In this document: positions 1-7,705 of the stretch, piece after piece
How the letters are laid out: every line of letters begins with the position of its first letter
Numbering within the stretch: the stretch's first letter is position 1
Sequence record: NC_034628.1
Direction: 5' to 3' (one strand)
Length of the DNA: 35,035 bases
Program-made: the position numbers and the translations under genes
Notes under the pieces: generated by a model
What the model saw: the letters and a program-made list of their open reading frames with translations, nothing else
Told to the model about the DNA's origin: nothing
The model's database searches: none

Positions 1-470
1 TGTAGTTTTTTTCATTTTCTGCGAAAATTTCACAACTAACGCAAAAAATTGAAAATTCCAATTTCTTTCGTTTTTTTCGTTTTTTTCGCAAATTTCCCAA
101 TTTATGCACCAAATTGAAAATTCCAATTAATTCTACATCTCCAAATAATAATTGGAGCGGTGCAAAAAATTCAAAATTCCAAAATTCCAATTAATCTGTC
201 ATTTTGCGTAAATTGTGCAAAAAATGAGAAAAATTGGAAATTCCTAATTTCCTAAATTTGAAATAATCTATCATTTTCTGCAAAAAAATAAAAAAATTGG
301 AAATTCCTAAATTCCAATAAATTCTACATTTCCAAATAATTTTCCAACTATGATAAAAAATACTAATTTTCTAAATTCCTAAATTACAATTAATCTGTCA
401 TTTAGTGAAATTTGTAATATAAAATTTGCAAATTCAAACTTTGGGAATTTGTAATAAATGTTAATTTGGA
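1..470. repeat. Terminal region of degenerate tandem repeats (rudivirus ITR-type)
   Basis: GCAAAAAA(N)nAAAATTCC(A/T)AA units start near 41, 106, 162, 217, 280. TTCTACAT(C/T)TCCAAATAAT occurs near 130 and 320; TAATCT(G/A)TCATTT near 191, 263, 390. AAATTCCTAAATT resembles the reverse complement of the conserved rudiviral terminal AATTTAGGAATTTAGGAATTT (recalled). No ORFs. Confidence 0.75.
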
Positions 471-518
471 GATATTAATAACTACTAACTATAAATTATA
501 AATTTATAAATCTGAGGC

Positions 519-634
519 AACCAAAACCTCAATTTAAAACTTTTAGTTACTAAACATATTCGTAATTTATTTAAATTATTAATTAGAACAAACCAAAACT
601 CCAGTTTAAAGTTAAAAAGTTACTAAACATATTC
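519..634. repeat. Imperfect ~43-bp direct repeat pair
   Basis: AACCAAAAC..CA(A/G)TTTAAA....AGTTACTAAACATATTC at 519-561 and 591-634. Confidence 0.7.
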
Positions 635-934
635 CAAAATTATTATATTTATTCATTTCGTTATGTGTTAGTAGTTTTTTGCGTTTAGTGTTGGAGAAAT
701 TGGAAGTTTAGAAAGAAAAGTTTATAAGGTAGAAGAAAGCATTTAATAATGTTAGTGGCCATTATCTTTCTTCTTATTATTATTTTTTTATATATATTAT
801 TATTAACATTTAAATTAAAAAATTATATAACTACATAGTTAGTATATTATATAATTAGCTAATTAGTTAATTAGTAGTTATAATTTAATAATTATAGTTT
901 TGTAGTTCAAGTGTAAAATATAGTTTCTTTTTTT

Positions 935-958
935 CTTTCAATTCAATAGAAGATGCTG
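935..958 (-). CRISPR. Solitary CRISPR-repeat-like unit (not an array)
   Basis: Minus strand reads CAGCATCTTCTATTGAATTGAAAG. The last 20 nt match the recalled S. islandicus repeat GCTAATCTACTATAGAATTGAAAG at 18/20, including the ATTGAAAG 5'-tag. No clear second repeat. Confidence 0.4.
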
Positions 959-1054
959 TATACAGTTTGAATTTATCTAAGTTTCTTGTGGTAAAAATTG
1001 TAAGGAGATTTAGCAAATTGGAGAATTAGATAATTATATAGTTATACAATATAA

Positions 1055-1549
1055 TAGTTATATAGTTGTATAGTTAGTAGTTATTAATTAATAATTTAGA
1101 GTCAGGTTTGAAATAGATATTTTTACGCGATTTCACCGTTAGGAAACAATTTATCTCTGCAGTATTGAAATAAATTGGAGAGACAGAACTTACACGTTCT
1201 CTTTGTAGAGAGTTGATGGAGAGAATTAAAAAGATAGAGATGTAAAAAGAGAGAGAAAAATTTAAATATGTGTTTTTGCAAATGATATAATGAGGAGAAA
1301 NNNTAGTTATATAGTTGTATAGTTAGTAGTTATTAATTAATAATTTAGAGTCAGGTTTGAAATAGATATTTTTACGCGATTTCACCGTTAGGAAACAATT
1401 TATCTCTGCAGTATTGAAATAAATTGGAGAGACAGAACTTACACGTTCTCTTTGTAGAGAGTTGATGGAGAGAATTAAAAAGATAGAGATGTAAAAAGAG
1501 AGAGAAAAATTTAAATATGTGTTTTTGCAAATGATATAATGAGGAGAAA
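1055..1549. repeat. 246-bp direct duplication across an NNN gap (probable assembly artefact)
   Basis: 1055-1300 is repeated at 1304-1549, separated by NNN. Confidence 0.85.
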
Positions 1550-1550
1550 A
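1304..1550. repeat. Left copy of inverted terminal repeat (inner part)
   Basis: Reverse complement of 34788-35034. Confidence 0.9.
1500..1550 (+). promoter_or_regulatory. Strong archaeal promoter (purine-rich BRE + TTTAAATA) and GAGGAG RBS
   Basis: GAGAGAAAAATTTAAATA with TATA at 1510-1517, 34 nt before ATG 1551; GAGGAG at 1541-1546. Confidence 0.7.
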
Positions 1551-1865
1551 ATGGCACAAGAAAAAAGTCAAAATTCGTTTAAAGAAATTACACAACAAGA
1601 AATTAATATTAGTTTTTCAATTCAAAAGGTTCAAGTTCAAAGTAAGTATGACGAATATACAAAGTTGATTTCACAAATAATTTTTAATGGCAACGAAATC
1701 AATTTCCAAAAAATTGATAGCGAAAAGGTTGATGTAATCAAAATATTACAAAAAATTGCAAAATTGTATAAAATTATGCAGGAAGTTGATAATGAGAAAA
1801 TAATTCAAGGTATGCGTGAAGAAATTTTAAAGCTAATAGCGTTACTAATTTATAATTTACAATAA
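1551..1865 (+). CDS. Hypothetical protein, 104 aa (terminal early gene)
   Basis: ORF track 1539-1865; start moved to ATG 1551 after the RBS. Own promoter, T-rich terminator downstream. Confidence 0.8.
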   Translation: MAQEKSQNSFKEITQQEINISFSIQKVQVQSKYDEYTKLISQIIFNGNEINFQKIDSEKVDVIKILQKIAKLYKIMQEVDNEKIIQGMREEILKLIALLIYNLQ

Positions 1866-1980
1866 TTTTTTTCTTTCGTATTCTTTATTTTTAGTTTTTG
1901 CGTTCTTTTTTTTAATTTATTATTTTCACTTTTACAATTCTGTTTTTGCATTTTTTGTTTTCTTTTTTCATGCTTAATTT
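1866..1980 (+). terminator. T-rich archaeal terminator region
   Basis: Multiple T5-T9 runs directly after the stop; similar tracts follow 2301 and 2724. Confidence 0.55.
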
Positions 1981-2100
1981 TTCTCAGGATTGAAATAATA
2001 ATAATAGGAGATAAAGAAATCGAAAGATAAAGAAATAAAGAGGTAAAAAGATAAAGAAAGCTTTAAATATTAGTTTGAATATAATTATGAATGAAGAAAA

Positions 2101-2301
2101 ATGAATGGAAATACAAAGATAAGGATTACAAAGAAACAAGCAAAAGAACTTGTTGAACAGTTAGAAACAGACACAAATTTTGTTCCATATAAGAGTCAGA
2201 CAGACTTTTATTATTCTTTTTTGCATAAAAAAGGCACAATTAATATAGCGATTTATAAGTTTGATAAAAAGTATTATCTTCAAATCGATTCGTTAAGTTA
2301 A
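2101..2301 (+). CDS. Hypothetical protein, 66 aa
   Basis: GAAAGCTTTAAATA promoter (TATA 2062-2069) 32 nt upstream; T-rich terminator after. Confidence 0.75.
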   Translation: MNGNTKIRITKKQAKELVEQLETDTNFVPYKSQTDFYYSFLHKKGTINIAIYKFDKKYYLQIDSLS

Positions 2302-2475
2302 TTTTTTATTTTTTTTCTTTTATATTCTTCATTTTTTATTTTTCTGTTTTTTGTTTTCTTTTTCTATGATATATTATTTCTAATTTGAAGAAATTTAGAT
2401 AGCGTAAAATCTAAATGTAAAACTTTAAAGAAAACTTTAAATACTAGTTTTTACATATCTTATATTGGTGATAAA

Positions 2476-2724
2476 ATGAACAAAACGCAAGCAACAAAAG
2501 TTAGAATTGGAAAAAAGGAAAAAGAAGTTCTTAAATTTTTAGAAAAGTATCCACAAGGAGTTTGGAAAGATGAAGTTATCAGGAAATTTAGCTGGGCTTC
2601 AAGATATGATAATGTTATGAACAAACGATTATATAATTTAACAAAAAAAGGATTAATAGTAATAAAAAACGAGATAAATCCTGAGACCGGGAGAAGTAAA
2701 CAAAGAGTTTATTTAAAACAATAA
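2476..2724 (+). CDS. Winged HTH DNA-binding protein (paralog 1)
   Basis: Pattern EVLKFL..YPQG.W.DEV....RLYNL.KKGLI...NPETGR..RVYL. TTTAAATA at 2436-2443 and GGTGA RBS. Confidence 0.8.
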   Translation: MNKTQATKVRIGKKEKEVLKFLEKYPQGVWKDEVIRKFSWASRYDNVMNKRLYNLTKKGLIVIKNEINPETGRSKQRVYLKQ

Positions 2725-2955
2725 TTTTTTTATTTTTTATTTTTTCCTAATTTTATTTTTTAGTTTTCTGGTTTCATTTCCCATATTTTCTTCTTTTTCT
2801 TAATTTATTATTTTCAACATGTTAATTCTATTTTTATCTATAATTTTTCGCAAAAATGTAATAATATTTGATAATATAAAATAAAAAAGTAGATAATTCT
2901 CAAGTTTCAAATGTTTTATATTTGTCATATTGTACATTTTTATCTAGATGATAAT

Positions 2956-3192
2956 ATGAGCAAAAGAATTAGACTTGGCAGAAAAGAAAGAGAACTTCTT
3001 GAATTTTTAAAGAATTATCCAGATGGAATATGGAGAGATGAATTGATAAAACATTTTGTTCATAGTACCGATTACTATGATTTTTTTATGGAAAGATTAT
3101 GGAATTTAGAGAAAAAAGGATTAATAGAAATTAAAAAGGTAACAAATCCAGAAACAGGAAGGAAAAGGTTACGTGTTTATCTAAAACAATAA
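2956..3192 (+). CDS. Winged HTH DNA-binding protein (paralog 2), 78 aa
   Basis: Aligns with the 2476-2724 protein along its length. Start set at ATG 2956, downstream of TATATTTGTCATAT (GTC at 2924). Confidence 0.8.
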   Translation: MSKRIRLGRKERELLEFLKNYPDGIWRDELIKHFVHSTDYYDFFMERLWNLEKKGLIEIKKVTNPETGRKRLRVYLKQ

Positions 3193-3225
3193 TTTTTTTC
3201 TTTAAGCTTTTTCTTTTTTTTAATT

Positions 3226-3417
3226 CTATTTTAGTTCTCTAATTATATCTTCTATCTCATAAATAATATTTTCTATTTCTTCAATTTTTTCTTTTTCAAA
3301 ATTATGTTCTTCATAGTTTTCAATAAGTTTCATAATTTCTTCTAATTTTTCTTTTGCATTTTGCAATTCTTTTATTGCATCTTCAAGATCTGTTATTATT
3401 TCCTCATAATTTATCAA
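3226..3417 (-). CDS. Small acidic coiled-coil protein, 63 aa
   Basis: Heptad-like I/L pattern, very E-rich; immediately downstream of the 3421-3687 ORF. Confidence 0.7.
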   Translation of the reverse strand: MINYEEIITDLEDAIKELQNAKEKLEEIMKLIENYEEHNFEKEKIEEIENIIYEIEDIIRELK

Positions 3418-3420
3418 TTT

Positions 3421-3687
3421 TTACACCTCTTTTATTCTTTTCCAAACCTTTCCAATTGTTACACTTATATCAATTGACATTACAGAAAACCAAATTTCAA
3501 AATTTAATAGTTTATTATCAATTTCTAAATAACCAGCAATTTTATTTTTATTTTTTGTATAAAATATTATTCTCGGTTTTTCGTTAAAAATAAAAGCTTT
3601 ATTTAGTAAATTTAAAATATCTTTTTCATTCATATTTTCAACTTTGTTTTTTATTTTTTCCATTTGTTCTAAAAATTTTTCACTCAT
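3421..3687 (-). CDS. Hypothetical protein, 88 aa
   Basis: TTTTATTTGTCATAT promoter motif at about 3711-3726 on the minus strand. Confidence 0.75.
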   Translation of the reverse strand: MSEKFLEQMEKIKNKVENMNEKDILNLLNKAFIFNEKPRIIFYTKNKNKIAGYLEIDNKLLNFEIWFSVMSIDISVTIGKVWKRIKEV

Positions 3688-3739
3688 GTTTTCACGATTA
3701 ACGTTATGTTATATGACAAATAAAAAGATTTTTATTTTT

Positions 3740-4357
3740 TCAGAATAAAGAACCAAAACATTTTGCTTTGAATTCACAATTTTTACATAAATAATTATTT
3801 GCACCAGGTATAGTTTTGTAATCTTGTGATTTCATAAATTCTTTAAATTTCTTAATCCAATCAATTGCTTTTTGCAGATATGTTCCAATTAAAGCTTTAT
3901 TTATTTGGAATTGTTTAACTTCTTTATTTATTCTATTTAAATATATGATATAAACATTATCAATTTTATAATTCTGTTGTTGTAATAAGTAATAGTAAAT
4001 TGAGACTTGGTAAAGATGATATTCTTTTATTTGGAAATAGTTAGTTGAAATAGTTTTTAACTCTATAAGATCGTTATTACAAATTAAGTCAATTCTTCCA
4101 GAAATTTTTATATTTTCAATTTCACCATTTATTTCAATTTCAGTTTTACAATTTAGTTTTTCTTCAAAATAATGCTCAACTTTCTCATGATACTGTTCAC
4201 CTAAGTCTAAAGAAATTTCATTTACTGCTTTCTCAAACTCAAATTTTCTACTTAGATAACTTTTTCTGAAACAAATTCCAATTTCTGATGGAAATATTGT
4301 ATCTTCAGGATATTTAACTTTGAAACTTTGTTTTACGAAATCTTCATAATTTGTCAT
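3740..4357 (-). CDS. Cas4-like (PD-(D/E)xK) ssDNA nuclease, SIRV2 gp19 type
   Basis: GRID...ELKT nuclease motifs, Q...Y motif, four Cys (C28 plus C-x2-C-x5-C) as in Cas4 Fe-S clusters; third gene of the conserved ssb-ATPase-nuclease cluster. Confidence 0.88.
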   Translation of the reverse strand: MTNYEDFVKQSFKVKYPEDTIFPSEIGICFRKSYLSRKFEFEKAVNEISLDLGEQYHEKVEHYFEEKLNCKTEIEINGEIENIKISGRIDLICNNDLIELKTISTNYFQIKEYHLYQVSIYYYLLQQQNYKIDNVYIIYLNRINKEVKQFQINKALIGTYLQKAIDWIKKFKEFMKSQDYKTIPGANNYLCKNCEFKAKCFGSLF

Positions 4358-4359
4358 TT

Positions 4360-5667
4360 TTAACCGCCTAAATTACTAAATCTCATTAAATTTATTATTC
4401 TATTACAAATTTCTTCGTTTTGTACTTTTCCAATTTGTAAATCTATATCTAGAGCTTGTAATATAATTTGTATATCAATACTTTGCTCTTGTCTTCTAGA
4501 TTCCAAATTATTGCAATTTACATAATTATTAATGCTATTTATTTTCTGTTGAATTAATTCGATTAAAGCTTTTAAAATTGAAGGGTATAATACTCTTGAA
4601 TTTATAATTTTATCATAAGTTTTTTTAATTGCTAATTGAATAATATGAATTCTATCTAAAATTGCAGATGTAAATATTTCATAATTTTGTAAATAATCTT
4701 CTATATCTGGATTTACTAATTTATTAATTGTATATGCATATGGATTTCCAGCGTAAATTATTGGTAAACATTTTTGTATTGTCGCTGATTTGGATTCTGT
4801 TCCTGCTCCACGTGTCCAAATACAATTTTCTATACCAGTTGACAGAGTTGAATTTATAGTATTTAATTCTTTTGTTGAAAAACCATCTTTCCAATTTTGT
4901 ATTTCATCAAATATCAATCCATTCGACAAAAACACTGCACCATACATATTATTTCTTGCATCATAAATTAAATTCGCATAAGTCGGTGATTCGGTATAAT
5001 AACGAAAGTTAAAAACTTCTTGTAAAATCATGAAAGTTGTAGTTTTTCCAGTTCCGCGGTTTGAAATTTCAATATAGTTTATTTGGCGTTTTGTAATTGG
5101 GGATTTGAAGAGTGGAAATAATCTTGGGAGAAATAGGAAAATATCATTTACATCCATTCTAGTTGGGTCATATCCAAAACTTTGTAATAAAAGTGCATAT
5201 AATTGATGTTCATTTTCTGCAAGTTCAAAAAGTTCTTTTGCAATTTCGTAATTATTTGGTGGTTCTATAGAATAAATGTCATTAATATACCAACTATTTG
5301 AATTTTTCTTGATTTTTACAAACATATAACTAGTTATCAAATTATAGAAATCTTCGGGATTATCAGCTATAAAATGTGGATCAAATTCACCAGTAAAGCC
5401 ATTTTGGAATTTCGCTATTACTGATCCATCTTTTACCTTAAATTGAGTTATTTTTGAGATAAATTTTACTTCATTATTATAAAGTAAATAGCTTTGGAAA
5501 TATTGATGATCAATTCCGCGTTTGTAAGCCTTTAAAATTTCAATTTTTTTTGAGTCTTCTATTTGTTTTCCAGAGAGAATTATATTTAAAACTCTTTCTG
5601 TATCTCTTGGATTATAAAAAAAAGAATGAGATTTCATTTTTTCAAGAAGTTGATTTGAACTACTCAT
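4360..5667 (-). CDS. AAA+ ATPase (Lon/BrxL-like; SIRV2 gp18 type)
   Basis: Walker A RGTGKTT, Walker B LIFDE, arginine-finger-like ILDRI; position in the conserved cluster. Confidence 0.88.
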   Translation of the reverse strand: MSSSNQLLEKMKSHSFFYNPRDTERVLNIILSGKQIEDSKKIEILKAYKRGIDHQYFQSYLLYNNEVKFISKITQFKVKDGSVIAKFQNGFTGEFDPHFIADNPEDFYNLITSYMFVKIKKNSNSWYINDIYSIEPPNNYEIAKELFELAENEHQLYALLLQSFGYDPTRMDVNDIFLFLPRLFPLFKSPITKRQINYIEISNRGTGKTTTFMILQEVFNFRYYTESPTYANLIYDARNNMYGAVFLSNGLIFDEIQNWKDGFSTKELNTINSTLSTGIENCIWTRGAGTESKSATIQKCLPIIYAGNPYAYTINKLVNPDIEDYLQNYEIFTSAILDRIHIIQLAIKKTYDKIINSRVLYPSILKALIELIQQKINSINNYVNCNNLESRRQEQSIDIQIILQALDIDLQIGKVQNEEICNRIINLMRFSNLGG

Positions 5668-5692
5668 GAAAAAAAAATTATCTTATGACGTT

Positions 5693-6094
5693 TTAAAATT
5701 CATCTTCCACGTTCTTCTTTTCTCTTTTTTTCTCTTTCTTTTGTTCTTTTTTGCTTTCTTCATTTTCTTCAAGTTCTAGTTCTTCTTCCCTTATGCTGTT
5801 ACCATTTCTTGGTGTGAATTTTACGTATTCATTAAGCAGATCGGCATACTTTTCTAGAAATTCACTAATTAGTCGTAAATCTTCACTATCATTTGCAGTA
5901 ATTCCTAACTGTTTCCTGAAATTATTTTGACTGTGTATAGTCATTGAATATCTTACAGAATTTCCGTTAGGAACTGCATTTAGCTGAACTACTATTCTTT
6001 TTAACCCTTTAATTTTTAAAATTCTTGAAGCTATTTTATTATTTTCTTTAGCTTGTTTACCTAACTCATCTATTATTTCCTTCAGGCTTGCCAT
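5693..6094 (-). CDS. Single-stranded DNA-binding protein (SIRV2 gp17/ORF131 type)
   Basis: MASLKEIIDELGKQAKE..KIASRILKIKG.KRIVVQLNAVP matches the recalled ORF131; acidic disordered tail. Confidence 0.88.
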   Translation of the reverse strand: MASLKEIIDELGKQAKENNKIASRILKIKGLKRIVVQLNAVPNGNSVRYSMTIHSQNNFRKQLGITANDSEDLRLISEFLEKYADLLNEYVKFTPRNGNSIREEELELEENEESKKEQKKEKKREKKNVEDEF

Positions 6095-6194
6095 TTTTTT
6101 CGCCTTATTTAAAACTTATAATATGACATATTTATATATTTATAAAAGTACAAGCCATGATATTTAGAAGTTAAAAAAGAAGAGAAAAAAATAT

Positions 6195-6467
6195 TTAAAT
6201 TAATTTAAAGAATATAGATCTTATTATCTTAGCTATTTTAGTATTATATTTTCTAGATAGTTCTTCTAATTTTTGGTAATATAGCTCATCCACTGTAAAA
6301 AATACTCTTTCATCATATATATCTTTACTTTCGATTTCTCTGAACGGGCTTTGAGAATTTAATATTTTGTCAATTTCCTGTTTTATTAACTCTCTCTTCT
6401 GATAAAAAAGATTTTTATATTTTGATGGTATACGTAATTCGATATACTTATTTCTTTGCTTTTTCAT
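6195..6467 (-). CDS. Putative ribbon-helix-helix protein with two RHH-like halves
   Basis: YIELRIP-helix and RVFFTVDELYYQKLEELSRKYNTKIAKIIRSIF patterns; GTC promoter at about 6500. Confidence 0.65.
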   Translation of the reverse strand: MKKQRNKYIELRIPSKYKNLFYQKRELIKQEIDKILNSQSPFREIESKDIYDERVFFTVDELYYQKLEELSRKYNTKIAKIIRSIFFKLI

Positions 6468-6538
6468 AATTTTAGATATTTTAGAATACTATAAAAAGAT
6501 GACATATACATTTAAATGTCAGATTTTCATTCACATGT

Positions 6539-6886
6539 GTGAACTGTGAAAAAGTTTTCATTTATCACTTTCTTTATTCTTATACATATTTTGTTACTAT
6601 CACTACGAATTATCGATATAATTCAACGACTGAAATTTTTCAGAAATTTCGACAATATATCTACAATCATGATAGAAATTCACATGTATTCAGTGTTAAG
6701 GAATATACTTCAAACCTTCACGGCTTGCATTATCATTTACTTGTATTTACAAATAAGAAATTGGATTATTCTAGAATCCATGAAAAAATGCCGAAACATT
6801 CAGATATTAGAATTGAAATAGTTCCGAAAACAAAAAGTGATATAAAAAAAGTTTTAGCTTATATGTCAAAAAGTAAAATTACTTAA
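6539..6886 (+). CDS. rep: HUH-family Rep (replication initiator nickase)
   Basis: Motif I FVTITT, motif II LHYHLL (HUH), motif III YMSK; GTG start. Confidence 0.88.
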   Translation: MNCEKVFIYHFLYSYTYFVTITTNYRYNSTTEIFQKFRQYIYNHDRNSHVFSVKEYTSNLHGLHYHLLVFTNKKLDYSRIHEKMPKHSDIRIEIVPKTKSDIKKVLAYMSKSKIT

Positions 6887-6887
6887 A

Positions 6888-7184
6888 TTATTTAGATTGT
6901 TGAGCTTGTAAATTCTGATTTTGTTCTGCTTTCTTTTGTGCTAATGAATTTACATCTCTTAATGTATCCATGTTTAATAGTGAATTAATTCCAAGAGTCG
7001 TAGTGTCTTTTATACTTTCAACTGCGGAAATTGTCGATTTTGTCATTTGATCAATAGCTATTTGAAATGATTGATTTGATTGCTTTTGATTATAGAGATG
7101 CACAATTTCTCCAACAATATAACTTGCAATTAGCACGCCCATTAATGTTAGAAATCCTTCTACTGCATATTGTATTGTTGACAT
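6888..7184 (-). CDS. pvap: Virus-associated pyramid protein (egress)
   Basis: 98 aa, N-terminal TM helix, GVLIASYIVGEIVHLYN.KQSN..F..AIDQM.KST..A.ESIKDTT..GIN.LLNMDTLRDVNSLA matches recalled SIRV2 P98. Confidence 0.93.
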   Translation of the reverse strand: MSTIQYAVEGFLTLMGVLIASYIVGEIVHLYNQKQSNQSFQIAIDQMTKSTISAVESIKDTTTLGINSLLNMDTLRDVNSLAQKKAEQNQNLQAQQSK

Positions 7185-7282
7185 TTCAATTTTATTATAT
7201 GCAAATTACTTAGTAATAAACTTTTCTCAAAAAATCAAAATATATAAATATGTCATAATATGCATTTGATGAATGAGGAAAA

Positions 7283-7444
7283 ATGGCAGAAAAGATGAAA
7301 AGTCAAAAAGTAGTTTTTGGAATTAACATAAATAAGGAATTAAAGTTAAAATTGAAGAAATATTGCGTTGAGAATGACAAGACATTAACTGAGGCTATAG
7401 AAGAGGCATTAGTTGAATATTTGCAAAAGAGAGGAGTAAAATGA
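7283..7444 (+). CDS. svtR: RHH transcriptional regulator, SvtR homologue, 53 aa (not in ORF track)
   Basis: My translation: MAEKMKSQKVVFGININKELKLKLKKYCVENDKTLTEAIEEALVEYLQKRGVK, matching recalled SvtR (VFGI...LK.YC......AIEEA..EYLQKR). GAGG RBS, GTC promoter at 7252. Confidence 0.85.
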   Translation: MAEKMKSQKVVFGININKELKLKLKKYCVENDKTLTEAIEEALVEYLQKRGVK

Positions 7445-7599
7445 GAGTAATAACAGTAAAACTTGAAGAAGATTTACTTAAGGAATTAGATAATTACGCA
7501 ATGAATAAAAAATTAAGTCGTTCTGATGTTGTCAGAATGGCAATTGATGAATTTTTAAGAGTAAATGTAAGGATGACAAAAGCTATGTATAATAGCTAA
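7441..7599 (+). CDS. CopG-like RHH protein, 52 aa (not in ORF track)
   Basis: MRVITVKLEEDLLKELDNYAMNKKLSRSDVVRMAIDEFL is a classic RHH pattern; ATGA overlap with the svtR-like gene. Confidence 0.85.
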   Translation: MRVITVKLEEDLLKELDNYAMNKKLSRSDVVRMAIDEFLRVNVRMTKAMYNS

Positions 7600-7636
7600 A
7601 AAATAAGAATTTTTTAAGTTAATTCAACTTTTTTTC

Positions 7637-7705
7637 TTAAGTTTTCTTTTCAAATTTTGGTAATGTTACATTTTAATACTTTAAATCACGGTCACTTAAG
7701 ATCAT
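7637..7705 (-). pseudogene. Internally deleted dUTPase/dCTP-deaminase-family remnant
   Basis: One frame reads MILSDRDLKY*NVTLPKFEKKT*, i.e. the family's N-terminal MILSDRD and C-terminal VTLPK joined. GTC promoter retained at about 7734. Confidence 0.6.

Larger units (their letters stand above)
474..1088. repeat. Perfect 20-bp inverted repeat pair (474-493 / 1069-1088)
   Basis: ATTAATAACTACTAACTATA at 474-493 is the exact reverse complement of TATAGTTAGTAGTTATTAAT at 1069-1088. Confidence 0.85.

Noticed and set aside
1091-1233. Possible degenerate three-repeat CRISPR mini-array (…TTGAAAT at 1114 and 1171, AGAATTAAAAAG at 1233)
   Set aside because: The units are poorly similar to each other, spacing is uneven (57 and 62 nt) and the ATTGAAAG tag is never intact; compatible with chance in AT-rich DNA.
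1055-1549. 246-bp tandem duplication as a biological repeat
   Set aside because: The copies are joined by NNN, and the first copy equals the right-end ITR contig tip; most likely a scaffolding artefact.
1323-1598. Minus-strand ORFs 1323-1598 and 1372-1557 and mirror ORF 34755-35015
   Set aside because: They run antisense through a promoter region, are F/S/L-rich shadows of purine-rich DNA, and their 5' ends differ between the two ITR copies.
3740-4357. Cas4-like gene as evidence of a CRISPR-Cas locus
   Set aside because: No cas1/cas2 or array; it is the conserved rudiviral replication/recombination nuclease.
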